DNA of 64,000 nucleotides, from the NCBI GenBank assembly GCA_043228905.1, contig JBHGNT010000003.1:24676001-24740000 (forward strand), read 5' to 3'. The position numbers and the translations under genes are program-made. The notes under the pieces were generated by a model. The model did not search any database. It was not told the DNA's origin and was given only the letters and a program-made list of their open reading frames with translations. Shown piece by piece: positions 1 to 13,100 of this stretch; position 1 is the first letter of the stretch; each line of letters opens with the position of its first letter. This stretch comes from Azolla caroliniana (Eukaryota > Plantae > Polypodiophyta).

Positions 1-435
1 AGGGAACATAAGGGAATACAAGAGATCAACGAGATCGATGATACAACGATGGTTGATGTCCCAAGAATGGTACTGACTGACTTGAGATCAACTGAACAAT
101 TACCCTTTCACACATCACCATATGTATAATGCAGGCGACCTCACATGAATCTGTAACTATAACGATCCTCAAGACCTCAAGATTTATGAACCATACAATC
201 GAGTCGTTGACAATACAACCTTACAATCCTCCTATGGCGCAAGGCAGCCTCGAGGAAGGTCTGATCGGTGTTCGCTTTCTACAGTTGGCCAAGGAAAGGG
301 AGTGAGATTTCCGTGGTATTCTCTCTATTGGGGAGCTGGAGAAAGAGGTCTGAGTACGAGGTTTGGAGAATTGTGGAGACATATAGGGGTAAGAAAGAGT
401 CTCGATGGAGTTGTTGGGTCTTGAGAACATGGGAG

Positions 436-487
436 AGGGGTATGTTCTGGAATTTGGGAAAATTAAGAGGGTCTATATTTGTAAATA
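436..487 (+). promoter_or_regulatory. Two tef-box-like motifs upstream of NDUFA12
   Basis: AGGGGTATGTTCTGGAATTT (436-455) and GAGGGTCTATATTTGTAAATA (467-487); similar motif clusters precede two other genes in the window. Confidence 0.4.
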
Positions 488-548
488 GACGAAAGTATTT
501 GGCCTTACTATTACGGGTCTTCTTTCTGTTCTCTGACACGCACGAGAG

Positions 549-590
549 AGACAGAGACGACAGAGACAGAGACAGAGACAGAGACAGAGA
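549..590 (+). repeat. (GACAGA)n microsatellite in NDUFA12 5' leader
   Basis: Direct reading; ends 3 nt before the ATG at 594. Confidence 0.9.
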
Positions 591-593
591 GCC

Positions 594-3500
594 ATGGAGT
601 TCTTTCGTTCTGCTGTGAGTGCGGTGCGCATGATCCGTCTCAGAGGGATTCTGTGAGTTTCTATGTACTTATACGTATTTTATGCACCCACGATTACACT
701 ATTCAGATATCGCATCCGCTGTTTTTTTGTCTTTCCATTGCAAATACACCTGATGTCTTATCAAATAACCCTGCTTAAGCTTGCCTTCTGTGTTTTCTTC
801 TTCTTCTAATTCATCTTCTAAATTCCTTATATTTCTCCTTTTATTGCTATTATTAGGCAAACCATGATGTTTGTCTTAATGGTAAATGCCCTTCCCAAAA
901 CATTCGAGAATGACCAAAGTACCCTCAATAACAAGCACTTACTAACTACAGAGGGTCACTCTGATAGTATTCAACAACGTAGAAGTATTACTCTTAAACG
1001 CCCAACGAGTTCGTGTTTTTCGGTGATTTGTGTCCCTTTTTCCCATTCTTCCGCTTCAGTCAAAATTTGGGCTCTCTTTCATGCTATGTCCTTATTTCTG
1101 AATATAGTTTCGCTTTAGGTAAATGTCCTTTAAAACACATGAAACCTTACATACATTCATGAAGCTCCACATTTGAATACTACAAGCTAATTGAGGGCAT
1201 GATGATATGAATCTCACAAAATGTATGTGTTTTGTGAAGGAAGAGGTTTTAGTGATTGGTTTATTGAAAGAAGCAACATGAATCATTTGGTTTTGTCATC
1301 ACAACACTCACAATTTGATTCATAATTTGCATTACTAATATCCATACATTTTCATTTATAATTCTTTGCAATATACACTTTAATGCTTGCATATGTATAA
1401 AAAATGTACAACCCTTTTCTCAAAGAAGCTGAGCTCTATTCGTAGATTCTTCTTTGTCTTAAGAGAAATTGTAACTTTTAGTTTGTACAATTCAATTCCA
1501 ACTCTGCTGAATGTATATCCTCAACTAACTGAGAGTCTTAATGTGTGCCCCGCCATTTTGTCTTTCAGGGCTTGTCTTCGAGATGGCAATGTTATGTAAG
1601 TATGCACGTTTAAACCTGTTTAATTAAAAGGGAAACTACATTCCATACTCTGCTCTTTAACCTTATTTTAGACTTGTTTAATTAAAAGGGAAACTACATT
1701 GCATACTCATGGAGCGACACTTGTTGGAATTGACAAGTTTGGAAACAAATATTATGAAAAGCTAGGAGCACAGTTTGGTAAGTATTTATTTTCAGTTTCA
1801 AGATCATTGAGATGGTTGAGAAATGTTTTGTTGTCTAATTTTATGTTGACTAATGCTGTACAGGAAGACACAGATTTGTAGAATATGCTGATGTAGATAA
1901 CTATGATGCATCATCGGTACCACCTGACTGGCATGGATGGTTGCATTATATTACAGACTATAAATCTGATGAGGTGGGTTCTTGAGTGAGAGAGTAATGC
2001 TCTATGCAGGAGCGATCATATAACGAATGATATGTGGACAAACCACTATACAATTATATACATGCACGTATTGGCGCAAATAGTGACACAGTAAAGGATG
2101 TAAAGAAAAATACACGATGGGCTATTTCTTTCCAAGAGAAAAATACATTTGTATCGCAAAGCTAGTTTCCAGACAGAACCAAAATATATGTTTATCACAA
2201 TGCACCCTTAGGTGTGAAAAAGAAAGATACTAGGATGTGAAATATATGATCCTTGGACAAGAGTGGCAAGTAGTACACGGTTGTAGGCATGGGTAACAAG
2301 AACAGATCCATTTAATACTGCCTGATCCTTGGGTTTAATCTTTGTCTGAGAAAGGACCCAGTATTGATCTCTCATCTGACATTGTTGCTAGGCATCAGCA
2401 TTTTCATTTGTTGGCATAATGAAGGTTAGACCTCATTGTTCTTTCTCATAGATGCACAGTTACCAATTTGGACATGGTGTGCGTGGATGCCTTCCAACAA
2501 CCAGCTATGGTTGATGTTGGTAGGTGAAAGTTGTGGCAACAGGCCTGATCCTCTATTATGAACTTTGAGCAAACTCTTTGCATTCTTTAGTATTCTTCTT
2601 GACTGATCCTCAGCATCTCGGCCGCCTTCATCTTCTGCCACTTCACAAACTTTCCAAATGTGTCAACCTTCTCCTTTAGCAAGTAAATCCATATTATCAT
2701 ACTACAAGCATCGTTTTGAACTTGAAGTTTGATTATATGTCCCAATGCCTGCCTTTATACTTCCTCCTTTTGCAGAGAAGGCAAGGATCTCATGTTGCAT
2801 GTTGCACAAAATACTTCTGATACTGCATACGAGTCATTGCCGATATATTGTTCACTAGACCAACCTTCTGCAGATATTTGATTTTGAGTATTGGGAAACT
2901 GAAGTGGCTGAATTGTGGCTACCACATTTTGTACTGAATGCGGGCATGCAAACTCCAAATTACTTCAACACATCTTTTACTCATGTTGCTGAAAGTTCAT
3001 GTAGAATTTCCTTCCGCACTGTCGGTTTGAATCGCTGAATGTTGATTTCACATCCTGTAAGCTCCCTTCTGCACTTCTTTGGTCTAAAATTGATGATCAT
3101 CACTATGACCCCATCTAATGCTGACAAGTTCCACAACCAACAGATTGACCTTAATGCTACCTTAAGACTTTCTTTGACTGGCAAAATTGTAATATTGTGT
3201 TATGTATGATGTCTTACCGTAACTATACCATTCTTTATCAAGAGGAACACTTTAAACTTCTTGGATACCATCGACAGATTCTGGAGCTGTGATGATCGTA
3301 TCAAAACTTCTGTGAAATTATTGACATATCTCCAGGCAAGATCCTCTGTAGAGTTTGTCTGCTGCTGCGCACAGATTCCTTATCCACATAATATTGTGTT
3401 ATGTACGATGTCTTACCGTAATTATACCCTTCTTTATCAAGACCAACACTTTAAACTTCTTGGATGCCATCGACAGATTCTGGAGCTGTGATGATCGTAT

Positions 3501-4725
3501 CAAAACTTCTGTGAAATGATGGACATATCTCCAGGCAAGATCCTCTGTAGAGTTTATCTGCTGCCTCTTGATTGCACAGATTCTTTATCCACATAGACCT
3601 CTCCCCAACTAGTTCTAGATTCTGCACATGGTTTGGCTCCACGTTTTCATGTGTTGTGGAGTACCTATCATGCTTCCAATGTATTGTCTGTAATATCAAC
3701 TCCAAATTTGTTCCTTTTATCAGCAAAGCACCCAGAGGGTTCACATTATGTTGCTTCCATGCGTTTAATCTGCTGCTGATAGATAATTTCCCGGCATGGC
3801 CAGAAGTTCATTGGAATTTCCATGATTGAACATTCCACATAGTGTATAGTTGCTGTCATCGAGCTTCCACCTGTGAATACTTGACCTGCTTGGAAAAGCA
3901 GTCCAGCTTGTCTTCGTTTGCTAATTGTCTAATCTTGCGGTGACTTGTGACAATCTTCACTGCCAATGACACAGTTGATGTTCCATATTCTGAGACACTT
4001 TGTCAATTGTAAACACGTATAGATACAATACATATGTTACCATAGAGGCTAAATAGCCTGAAGTGTGATGTAGCTACTCTTGCAGTTGACTGTTATCATC
4101 CACGCCTAGAAGTTGAAAAAGCTTTGAAAGCAGTTTGTGGCATCTTAATGTTGATGACTGGAGTTTTGATATAACGTTGTGAAGTTACCCTCCTGAATGA
4201 TACAAATCATTTCATCTTGGTAAGGATCAATCAACAGATAATGAATCTCTATCTAACATCCTCGGAGCAAAACTTTTAGCAGCACTTTTCATGTAATTTC
4301 TCCTTAAAGATGTTGCATTGCAGTGCAAAACTACTATGGCTAATGGCCATAAGTGCTCTTGGCGTCAGGTTTCAAAAATACAATAGCATTGATGCTTATC
4401 TATGTATGTAACATGCACTGGTCAACCCATTCTATATAAATGCTGAATGTTTTTAGGTTTCTTCACAAATTACAATCTTAATTGATTATTTTCCATACAT
4501 ATTAATCTATCCTTGAAAAAACTGTTAAGTTAGTCTGTATTTAAGACAACTTTGGATTTATGGATGCAGATCTTGCCATATGGACCCAAGAGATATGGCA
4601 TTTCACCGAAAGCAGAGCCATCAGAACTGGAAATCAAACCATCTGCTTATTACTCTAAAGGTCATGCATTGAATCCAAAGCAGAGAGATTGGACTAGATA
4701 TCAAACATGGAATTCTCCAGAGTAA
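594..4725 (+). CDS. NDUFA12: NADH dehydrogenase [ubiquinone] 1 alpha subcomplex subunit 12 (B17.2), 146 aa, 5 exons
   Basis: Exons 594-652, 1569-1595, 1689-1777, 1864-1973, 4570-4725 join in phase via GT-AG introns; motifs GATLVGIDKFGNKYYE, GRHRFVEYA, YDASSVPPDWHGWLHYITD, SKGHALNPKQRDWTRYQTW match the plant B17.2 family. Confidence 0.95.
2150..3950 (-). mobile_element. Heavily degenerate Ty1/copia remnant in NDUFA12 intron 4
   Basis: Minus-strand reading near 2620-2700 gives IWIYLLKEKVDTFGKFVKWQKM, resembling the copia integrase segment TWIYLLKxKSEVFxKFxEW; other frames are broken; boundaries approximate. Confidence 0.5.
3191..3595. repeat. ~199-bp tandem duplication
   Basis: Copies begin AATATTGTGTTATGTA at 3191 and 3390 and align through TATCCACATA. 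Confidence 0.9.
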
Positions 4726-6327
4726 ATCAACAGCTTCCTGGACCGTTTCCTAATCACATCATGTCATGACAATTTGGTGTCACTTCAGATATATGGAAAT
4801 TTGAAACCTAAATTTGGCTGAAATAAGTTGATGCCTATATGTAAGGTGATTCATAATATAGCCAATAAGTTTGATCTGGATTTAATTTTCGTTTGATATT
4901 ATCCTTGGTTCCATTTCATTATAGTTGAGCTGTTTTGTGACATGTATAATGCAATTTTTTCTCATTATTAGCTCCGCACCCAATAAAGGATAAGGGAATT
5001 TGCTTCTTAATAGGTTGTCGTTTTGATATTACAATGTTCTTTTCTCTGAACCTTGAGGTGGACAGGCTAGTTCATACAATTGTGTTTGGACAGGCCAGTC
5101 CATATAATTGATCATGTATTTAGTTAATATTTCGACCATTTTCATGAATAGTGTTCTCATGTTGCCATTTATTCATTTTTTTTACTCTAAACTCATGTTC
5201 TCATATATTATTCCATTTTGAGAAGTTAGCAAAAAGATCGGGAGGCCAGAGAGAAACTGGTATATTCTCATACTGCAAGACATCTAGTCTTGTATGTTAT
5301 TCATATTCCATTTTGAGAAGTTATCAAAGCTCTATGTGCTACTGACATATTCTCATACTGCAAAGCCATCTACTTTTATATGTTATTATTCCATTTGAGA
5401 AGTTATGAAAAAGTAGATGGAATCTAGAAATAGGATGTGAAGTTCTATTGATGGATGGAAATCCTTTCACATCTCAGTAAGTGAATTTTCCCGTAGGTGT
5501 GGAAATGTTGCACAAGAATGGGTCTCTATGTGTCGAGGAAGAACAATAATAATATTGTGAAGGGTCACAAGGAATAGAGAAATGCATTTGGCATAATTTT
5601 GAACCACAACTGTGTTTGACAATTGGTTATCTCACAACATTGCAATGCATCTGTTGAGGGCATATGATATGGACTAGGGCTTTTTCTACATAAGTGCTGA
5701 AATGTTAAACAAGAATGGGTCTCTTCGCAGGAAGGAAGCTTCTAGAATAAACATGGCATCGCAGAAACTGAGATGTCATTTGGAACACCATAACCGTGCC
5801 TTTGCCAATTAGTTATCTTAGAGACATTGCATTGCCACCTAAATTATTCTCTCAATTATTAGTAAGACGATAGATTGTCCCCATTCTCTTCTAATAGAAA
5901 TATGATGGCTCTTTGATAAAAATTGTATGTATCTGATGCTCAGGCAAAACATGATCTACTGGAAATTTCATTATTTTGGCTACTTTGAAATAGTACCATT
6001 TATCTCACATTACTATTTTACAGTAATACAAATCCGCTCTTGACATTCACCAACTTTACAAGAGGATAAGTTAAACCCCTTCAATGTGCTATAGAATGGT
6101 AATGTAGACAAAATATTCTCAGGTGAGATGCTTGTCATCAGCAATCAAGCACAAAGTTACTATAGTTATGTTGCATATTTCATCAGATAATACAACACAA
6201 TATATAATGGCCAAAATCAGAGTGTCCTAGCGAAAAGAGGTAAAAGTTCACTACGCTCCAATAGAGGAAGGGCTATCCATAATGCACACACATGCATTAA
6301 CCATAAAGAGATTTATTCTCTGTTTAC

Positions 6328-6634
6328 CACTTTAAATTTCTGAACTTGAAACCGGGAAAAGGGTAAAGAGGGCTCTTCATAACCGTGTGGTAGAGAGACG
6401 ATAGATATATATTTTTATTATCCTAAAAAATGAAACATACGCAAAGAAAACAGTGATAAAACCAATATTAACGACAATTGATAAAAAACAGATATCCATG
6501 TTCACAACACTTTAAATTTCTGAACTTGAAACCAGGAAAAGGGTAAAGAGGGCTCTTCATAACTGCGTGGTAGAGAGACGATAGATATATATTTTTATTA
6601 TCCTAAAAAAAGAAACATACGCAAAGAAAACAGT
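6328..6634. repeat. Near-identical direct repeat, 180-bp offset, downstream of the PRRC2-like gene
   Basis: CACTTTAAATTTCTGAACTTGAAACC...GCAAAGAAAACAGT at 6328 and 6508. Confidence 0.9.
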
Positions 6635-7105
6635 TTTCATGTATTCTGTGCTGAGCTGATAATAATTAGTGGAAACTCTTTTTTACAAAAGAAAAAAGAG
6701 AATCTTTTTCTCCCTCTTCGAACCCACCAATTTAGTGCAAGAATCTCTCATGCCGATTCTTGCACTTAATCAATACGGACAATAGCATCCTTCCCCCCAA
6801 AAGAAAAAAAAATTAATCAAATTACACGGCCCCATTCAAGTGACCGAATCCTCTCTGAATCAACCACCAAAAAAGATAACTTTTCAAACCAGAGCAAAAT
6901 ATTCCACGTTTTCCTCAATGACGACCCAGCAGCTTTTTTCACAATACATATTTACTTTATACTTTTTCCAGATGAGGTATTGACCCTTCCTCTCCCACTA
7001 AAACACTATCTGCCGCTAGGTTAAGGATTAGGGTTACAGTACTTGAAGCTGCTTCAGTTACTTTCACATTTTCATTGTACCTGCCCATAATTGAGAATGC
7101 CTCTC

Positions 7106-10100
7106 TTATCTGGTACTTGTTGGGGGTGTGGTTCTTTTTTCTTCTCCTAAAGAAAGACTATTATCCCCTTTGATTGTTTGTGATGAGTGATTCACATTAT
7201 TGGGAGGAACATTGCCTGCTGTAATAGAATACCCAAGACTTAATTCATCAGGGAAATGAACAGCAGGAACAGAAGCGATATCACCCGGTAAAAAAGGGCT
7301 AGTATTTGCATCAAGTGACTGATGGTGGTGATGATGATGGTGATGAGTATTGTAATCCATGTGAAAGGGTTGGTGCATAAGACCATATTCGCCAGGATGG
7401 CTATTCAAACCTCTTGACTGAGCTTGACCTGAGAAAGGATAGTTTGGAAATGGAGATGCTGGTGGTCTTGACCACTGTGCCTGCAAGCAAGCCATTATTA
7501 TGACACCATCAAACAAAAACGATGAAGCATGATATAAATCTAGACCTAATCAAAACAGGATGTGATGGAACATAAATCATTTCAATAAGATAGCAAATAC
7601 ATCATAAAAGGAAATCTATAACAGCATTACTTTGTTCAACCTGAAATAGAAAATCTATTGTATGTGAAGATTCTAAATTGCAATACAGTTCATTTCAGTT
7701 TTCACACTGACAATCGATATTATTCTTCGCACCCTGAAAGCCTGTTCATCAATTTAGTATTATTGGCTGTACTTCATCAGTTCTCATGAATTGATCCGGC
7801 AAGTGAGAATTATTATTATGCTGCAACGTAAAATTTTAACATTCAACGCTAATTGACTGATCTTCTTTTCCCAAAAGTCATATAAACCGACTCTTCACAT
7901 CAAGATACAAGCAGACCTCTCTACACAAGAAACAAGATTCCCTACATGTTTTCTGGACTTCTGCACTTACCAGGATAAGTGGAATAGACACAGCCATTCC
8001 ATCATATCAGTTGCTTACATTGGTAAAGTATGCTTTCGTCGGATCTATAAAACTTGTGATATCATGACTGGTCAGTCATAAATTGATCAAACACAATGCA
8101 ATTGTTTTTGAGGCAGATTTGACCACCCACACTACAATAGAAGGCCTACGAGGTCCAAGGTGTACGAAATCAAGCGGACCTCCACATCTCCACTCTCCTC
8201 ATGAAGCAATAGTGCAGACAAGAAATATTATATTATTGTTTTGTGGACTTGCACAAAACACTCAATACAATTCACATAGTGCAACACTTTGAAAGAATAC
8301 AGAGACTTGTGAAGAGTGTCTTTTAGAGGTTACTGCCAGCATTGAAAACGTGAGTCAAAGCTGCCTGACTCTCTCCCCTACATCATCTACTCTCATCAAG
8401 TGGATCCATATCCCCACACGAAGAGGTCGTTGTTAGACACTTTGTGCACACTAGCTAACCAGGTTTCATGTATGCTGCAACTGTCTAAATATTTAGTCTC
8501 TTAGCTAAGTGTGGATAAGAGTAACAATACTAATTGTCATGATTCTATCATGGACAATCCACAGTAAATCTTCTATTCCTGTGACATAATACAAGCCTGC
8601 AGAGACAGCCCCACGGTATATCATACATACATCATACATGGAATATTCCAGATGGCATGTTTTATGCACGGGCATAAAACAAGCTCCTGTGCAGAGTATT
8701 TGAGGCATCTGTAGTTGACACACAACGTGAAGAGAGGAAAGATCATGGTACTACGATAATTCATGATGGATCAATGGAAGCTCAGTATATAAGAGAATTG
8801 CATCACACCAAGGTATCCTGTGCATGACCACATCAAGCAATACATGTGCATGACCACATCTGGCGATATACATATGCATAAGCCTCCTGATGCAGCAATT
8901 GCCCCAACTTACAAAATTATACTGTCAAATGCTCAAGCCAGATAGCATGCAGTCTTAGAGCAAAGGATAGACAGACTATGTAGGAAGAGATGCAGAGTGA
9001 AACCACAATGACATCAGGGATCTGGACAATTTTTAAGGTAAGATGCACTCTTTAGTTATTGTGCACATGCATGCCACTATCTGCTCCACTTACAGCATAA
9101 CATGATTGTTTCTACATTTGGTTACAAACATCCTGGTGACACCTGCCTACCATTCTCACCCTCATAGAATATAATTCATATAATTGTCTGTCATATATCT
9201 TTTGTGCTTTTAATGAAAACCTAGAGGATTTTACTGATTACTTGTCCCACAGAAGAAAAGAAGTTAATATAACTTTCTATTGCTGTAACAATGGACAGGG
9301 CTGCTGAGCCTGCATGGATTATATAGAGAACAAATAAACAAGAAAAAACTCAAGGTATTGTTTCTTCTTTTCAGCAATGCCTGGCACAGATCATCCATAA
9401 GAAGAATACATTATTCATCTCCTATCTACCCAGCACAGGCATGCTTCATCTCAGCAAAATTTATTTATATAATTGCTGCTTTATATGTCATTATCACTTT
9501 ATGTTGATTGTCCATTACATGGGCACCTGTTCACCAAAGGATGTTTTTTTACAGTATTGTTCTTTGCAGAGCTCCTATATTTGAGTTCAATGTACATTTT
9601 GAAGTTTAGTTTCAGTTTTTTCCGAATTTTCTCCATTCTTAGCATAAAGGTATGACCCATGCAGCAGCATCAACTTGTGCTTCATACACGGCTAATTGGA
9701 AAATATACATTCTCACGGATTACTTTGTAGCTACCTTATTCCAAATAATCAAAGAAAATCTAAATCCCTAATGAGTTGCAGAAACACAACACCATTTCAA
9801 TCAGGTTCCATATTACAGCATGACAACAATGCATCAAATAGTTAAAACTAAAGGATTCCTATCAAGTTTAAACATTTATCACCTGAAAAGGAGTAGAAAT
9901 ATTTGGATCAAAAAGGCCGATTGGAGTTGCCATTGGCATCATGGAGCACCCTGCAACTGAGAATGCTTGAACCGAATTTGAAGTAGTTGTACTGTGCTGA
10001 AGATCTATCATGCTAGAAAAACCGGCATCCATATCTCCAGTATCCGGATAAGATGAAGCCAGAGGTGATGTAAAAGGAGTGTGAGTCCAATCAGGCTGTT

Positions 10101-13100
10101 TGCCAGATGGATGATATGCAGTTCCCATGAAGCTGACTCCTAATGGCCCAAACTGCCCAACAGGTGTAAGAGGGTTAGTATACACTAGCATGTGAGGGTG
10201 CCCTTGAATGTTAGTTATTCCTGTTGGACTCATGAATTGTGGTGGACCATAGAATGAATCTGATGTACTTGACTGCATTTGCTGCCATCCTGCAATGCTG
10301 CCATCCTGCGATGGTGCAGTAGGGGCCTCTTCACGGTGCCCAAATGTAAAGATTGACCCTCCCAAGATGGTTCCCATCTCAAGACAGGGGAAAGGTGAAA
10401 CTCTATTAGGGAAATTTGCTAGCATAAATCCAGCACTTCCAGACATTGATCCTGACATTAATGTTGAAGGTGCTTCCACAGAAAGATCTACAGGAAGAGT
10501 TACAGATATTGAATCCTCAATACCCGTAGATTTAGCTGGAGCTTGGATCATAGATGGTCTTTGCACATCAATTCCTGTTTTGAAAATCGAACTTTCTAAA
10601 ATACACATCCATGCATTCAAATTTTAAAAATTTGCGCAACAGTAAGTACATTCACTCACCTGAGGAATTGGTAAAGGAAGAAAATCTACTAAGATGAGGT
10701 CCACCACCTATCATAGCATTTGCATCAGAATGGTTCCCTGCTGACTCATCACTGCTTATAGCAGCTACTGCAACAGCAGATGCAGCAGCTTCTGCTTCTG
10801 CCTCAGCATCCACAACCTGACTGTATTCATTTTTCTCTGTTGTCGGTAAAGCAAAACCTGTATTCTTATCTGGTGACATGAAGCTTCTAGTATAGTTCAA
10901 ATGATTGATTGTTGCATTAGAATCCACATCTACAGCATAGCTTGATGGTTTACTAACTGTAGCCATAAAAGACGGTGATGAAGGAAGATTATCACAAGAT
11001 ATAACTGTTGGAGAAGTAACTGCCCCTGCATGTTACAGACAGTTTTTGCTCAGTTCTTAGTTTACACAAGACAAGAGAAGACAGACAGAATTCTAACCCC
11101 CGAGTTTTTCTTTATTTCCTGAAATGCATATAAAATTTCATTGCTCCCCCAAATGCCCTTGGTCAAACTCCCAGAAGGCAATTATGCACACTATTTGAGA
11201 AATTATAGATCAAATCAACCCCATTTTCCTCAATAGTACGAGTAATTGTATCGTCAATCAGCCCCTTTTTCTTCTTTCAAGAATTGACCAGCATGTTTGG
11301 GAAATGACAAAGACTAGGCACACATTTATGAACATTCATGCAATATCTAAAAAACAAATCTCCTAGCAGTCCCAATACCTACCAAATTGAATCTTTTCTC
11401 CCGCCAAAAGTGAGCTTATAGGATTGGGCACTGAAAGAGAAGCATTCACTGGACCTGATGCAACTGTGACTCCTGGTCCCGTTGTGGCAAGACCCCCCTC
11501 CATTATAGGTGTCACATGTGATGATATCCCTTCAAATCGGATCGGTTTCATAGCTTCTTCTAACTGAATCTGTGTTAGGCTGACAACCTGATTGTAGAGA
11601 TACACTTTGAAAATTTACAAAAACAGTATCATATCAACCACCATACACAAAAGCTGTGGACCTTACTTCATGTGGAAATCGTTGCCCACCCCAAGCAGTA
11701 TTTACATTTTTTACATTGTATGTGCTATCAACTGCAGCGTCACCATAGGATTGATGCCCGTAAATTTGTGTACTTCCAATATTAGCATGGCTAGCATTTG
11801 ATGTTGATTGAACTTGACCAGACCTATACATTAAACCCACCACCCAAAAAGAAATGACTATAAAAATCAAACGAGAACACTGTAGTATAGTTCTTCTGAA
11901 GCAACAAACATAGTTAAACTTCAAAGTGGCCATTGTGGTTCTTACATGACAATCTTCATGTTCTGATTTATATCATCATATATCTCCACACTAGAGGTAC
12001 CAACCGAAGAACACGCAGCTGACAATTGTAGTAATGAAGAGTCTAAAGTAACGGATGGACTTTGTTCTGTATGCATTTCATACTTCATCAAGTCAGGATT
12101 GGGCGTTGCCCAATGTTCATTGGCAGTCTTATCTGCAATAGCAGATTCCTTGGCAACCAGCTTTTGCGGTTTCCTTCTTATCTGCTCTTTCACCTTCAAT
12201 CAAATAACATTTTTCCATGAAAATGGTCCCCGCAGACATAATGAGAGACAGTAAATGAATAATTAAGAGAAAAGCAAGTATCTTAAGCCATCTTAAGTCT
12301 TATGGAAAGGAGATACCTTAAAATCTCTTGCTTTTTCCTTATCTCGCAATTCACGTTGTTCCCGAAGCATTTGACGCTTAGATCGAACTTCAATAAAGTC
12401 GTCTTTATCTTTGTATGTTTCAGCATCGGGTTCCTCAAACATAATTTCTCCAGCAGCATCATATTTTGAAATGCCTTTGGACTGCAAGCTGTTCAGCTGG
12501 CCATCAACTGAAGTATTCGTTGAACCCACTAATGTAGGAAGAGAATCCTGCAATGTTCTATTATTTTGCATGTCTGAATGACCAAGTGTTGCTGAGTGAA
12601 GATAGGCTCTTGATTCCTGTGCATTTATATTTGGCTTTCTTTTTATACTGGTGTGGATATTAGCTGTATTGAGCTCGATACTACCATGATCATGAGACAC
12701 CAAATTCCTTTCTTCATTCATATCATCCCCATGATTACTGTCTATATCAGGCAATGGTTTCCGTGCTCTATATTCAGTTCGCTGGATGTTCCTCTTAGGT
12801 ATTCTTTTATGAACTGCCTCTTCTTCTCCATTTTCTATCCACGTTTGTGAAATAGAATATGGCCCCTTAAAACCATTCCCAGTATGAAATCTTCCACGTC
12901 CCCTCCCAAAAATACCATAATCAGTAGAATGATTATTTCTCCGCCTGCTACCTGGCCTATCCACTGATGAGCTTTGATTTACTGATGTATCTGCATTGCC
13001 ACTTTCAAGAGCCAAAGATGTTTCAAGCTCTACTGAATCCTGAAGATTGGTCTCAGAGGTAATGAACTCACACTCATTTTGCTCCTCAGAGCCCAAGATT

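Noticed and set aside
6952-7108. U-to-C RNA editing repairing the TAA/TAG codons, as in fern organelles
   Set aside because: Locus is nuclear with spliceosomal introns, and frameshifts would remain
10575-10596. Alternative in-frame acceptor TTTTAG at 10596 adding 7 codons
   Set aside because: Would leave a 64-nt intron; the 85-nt option is more typical, but this cannot be settled without reads
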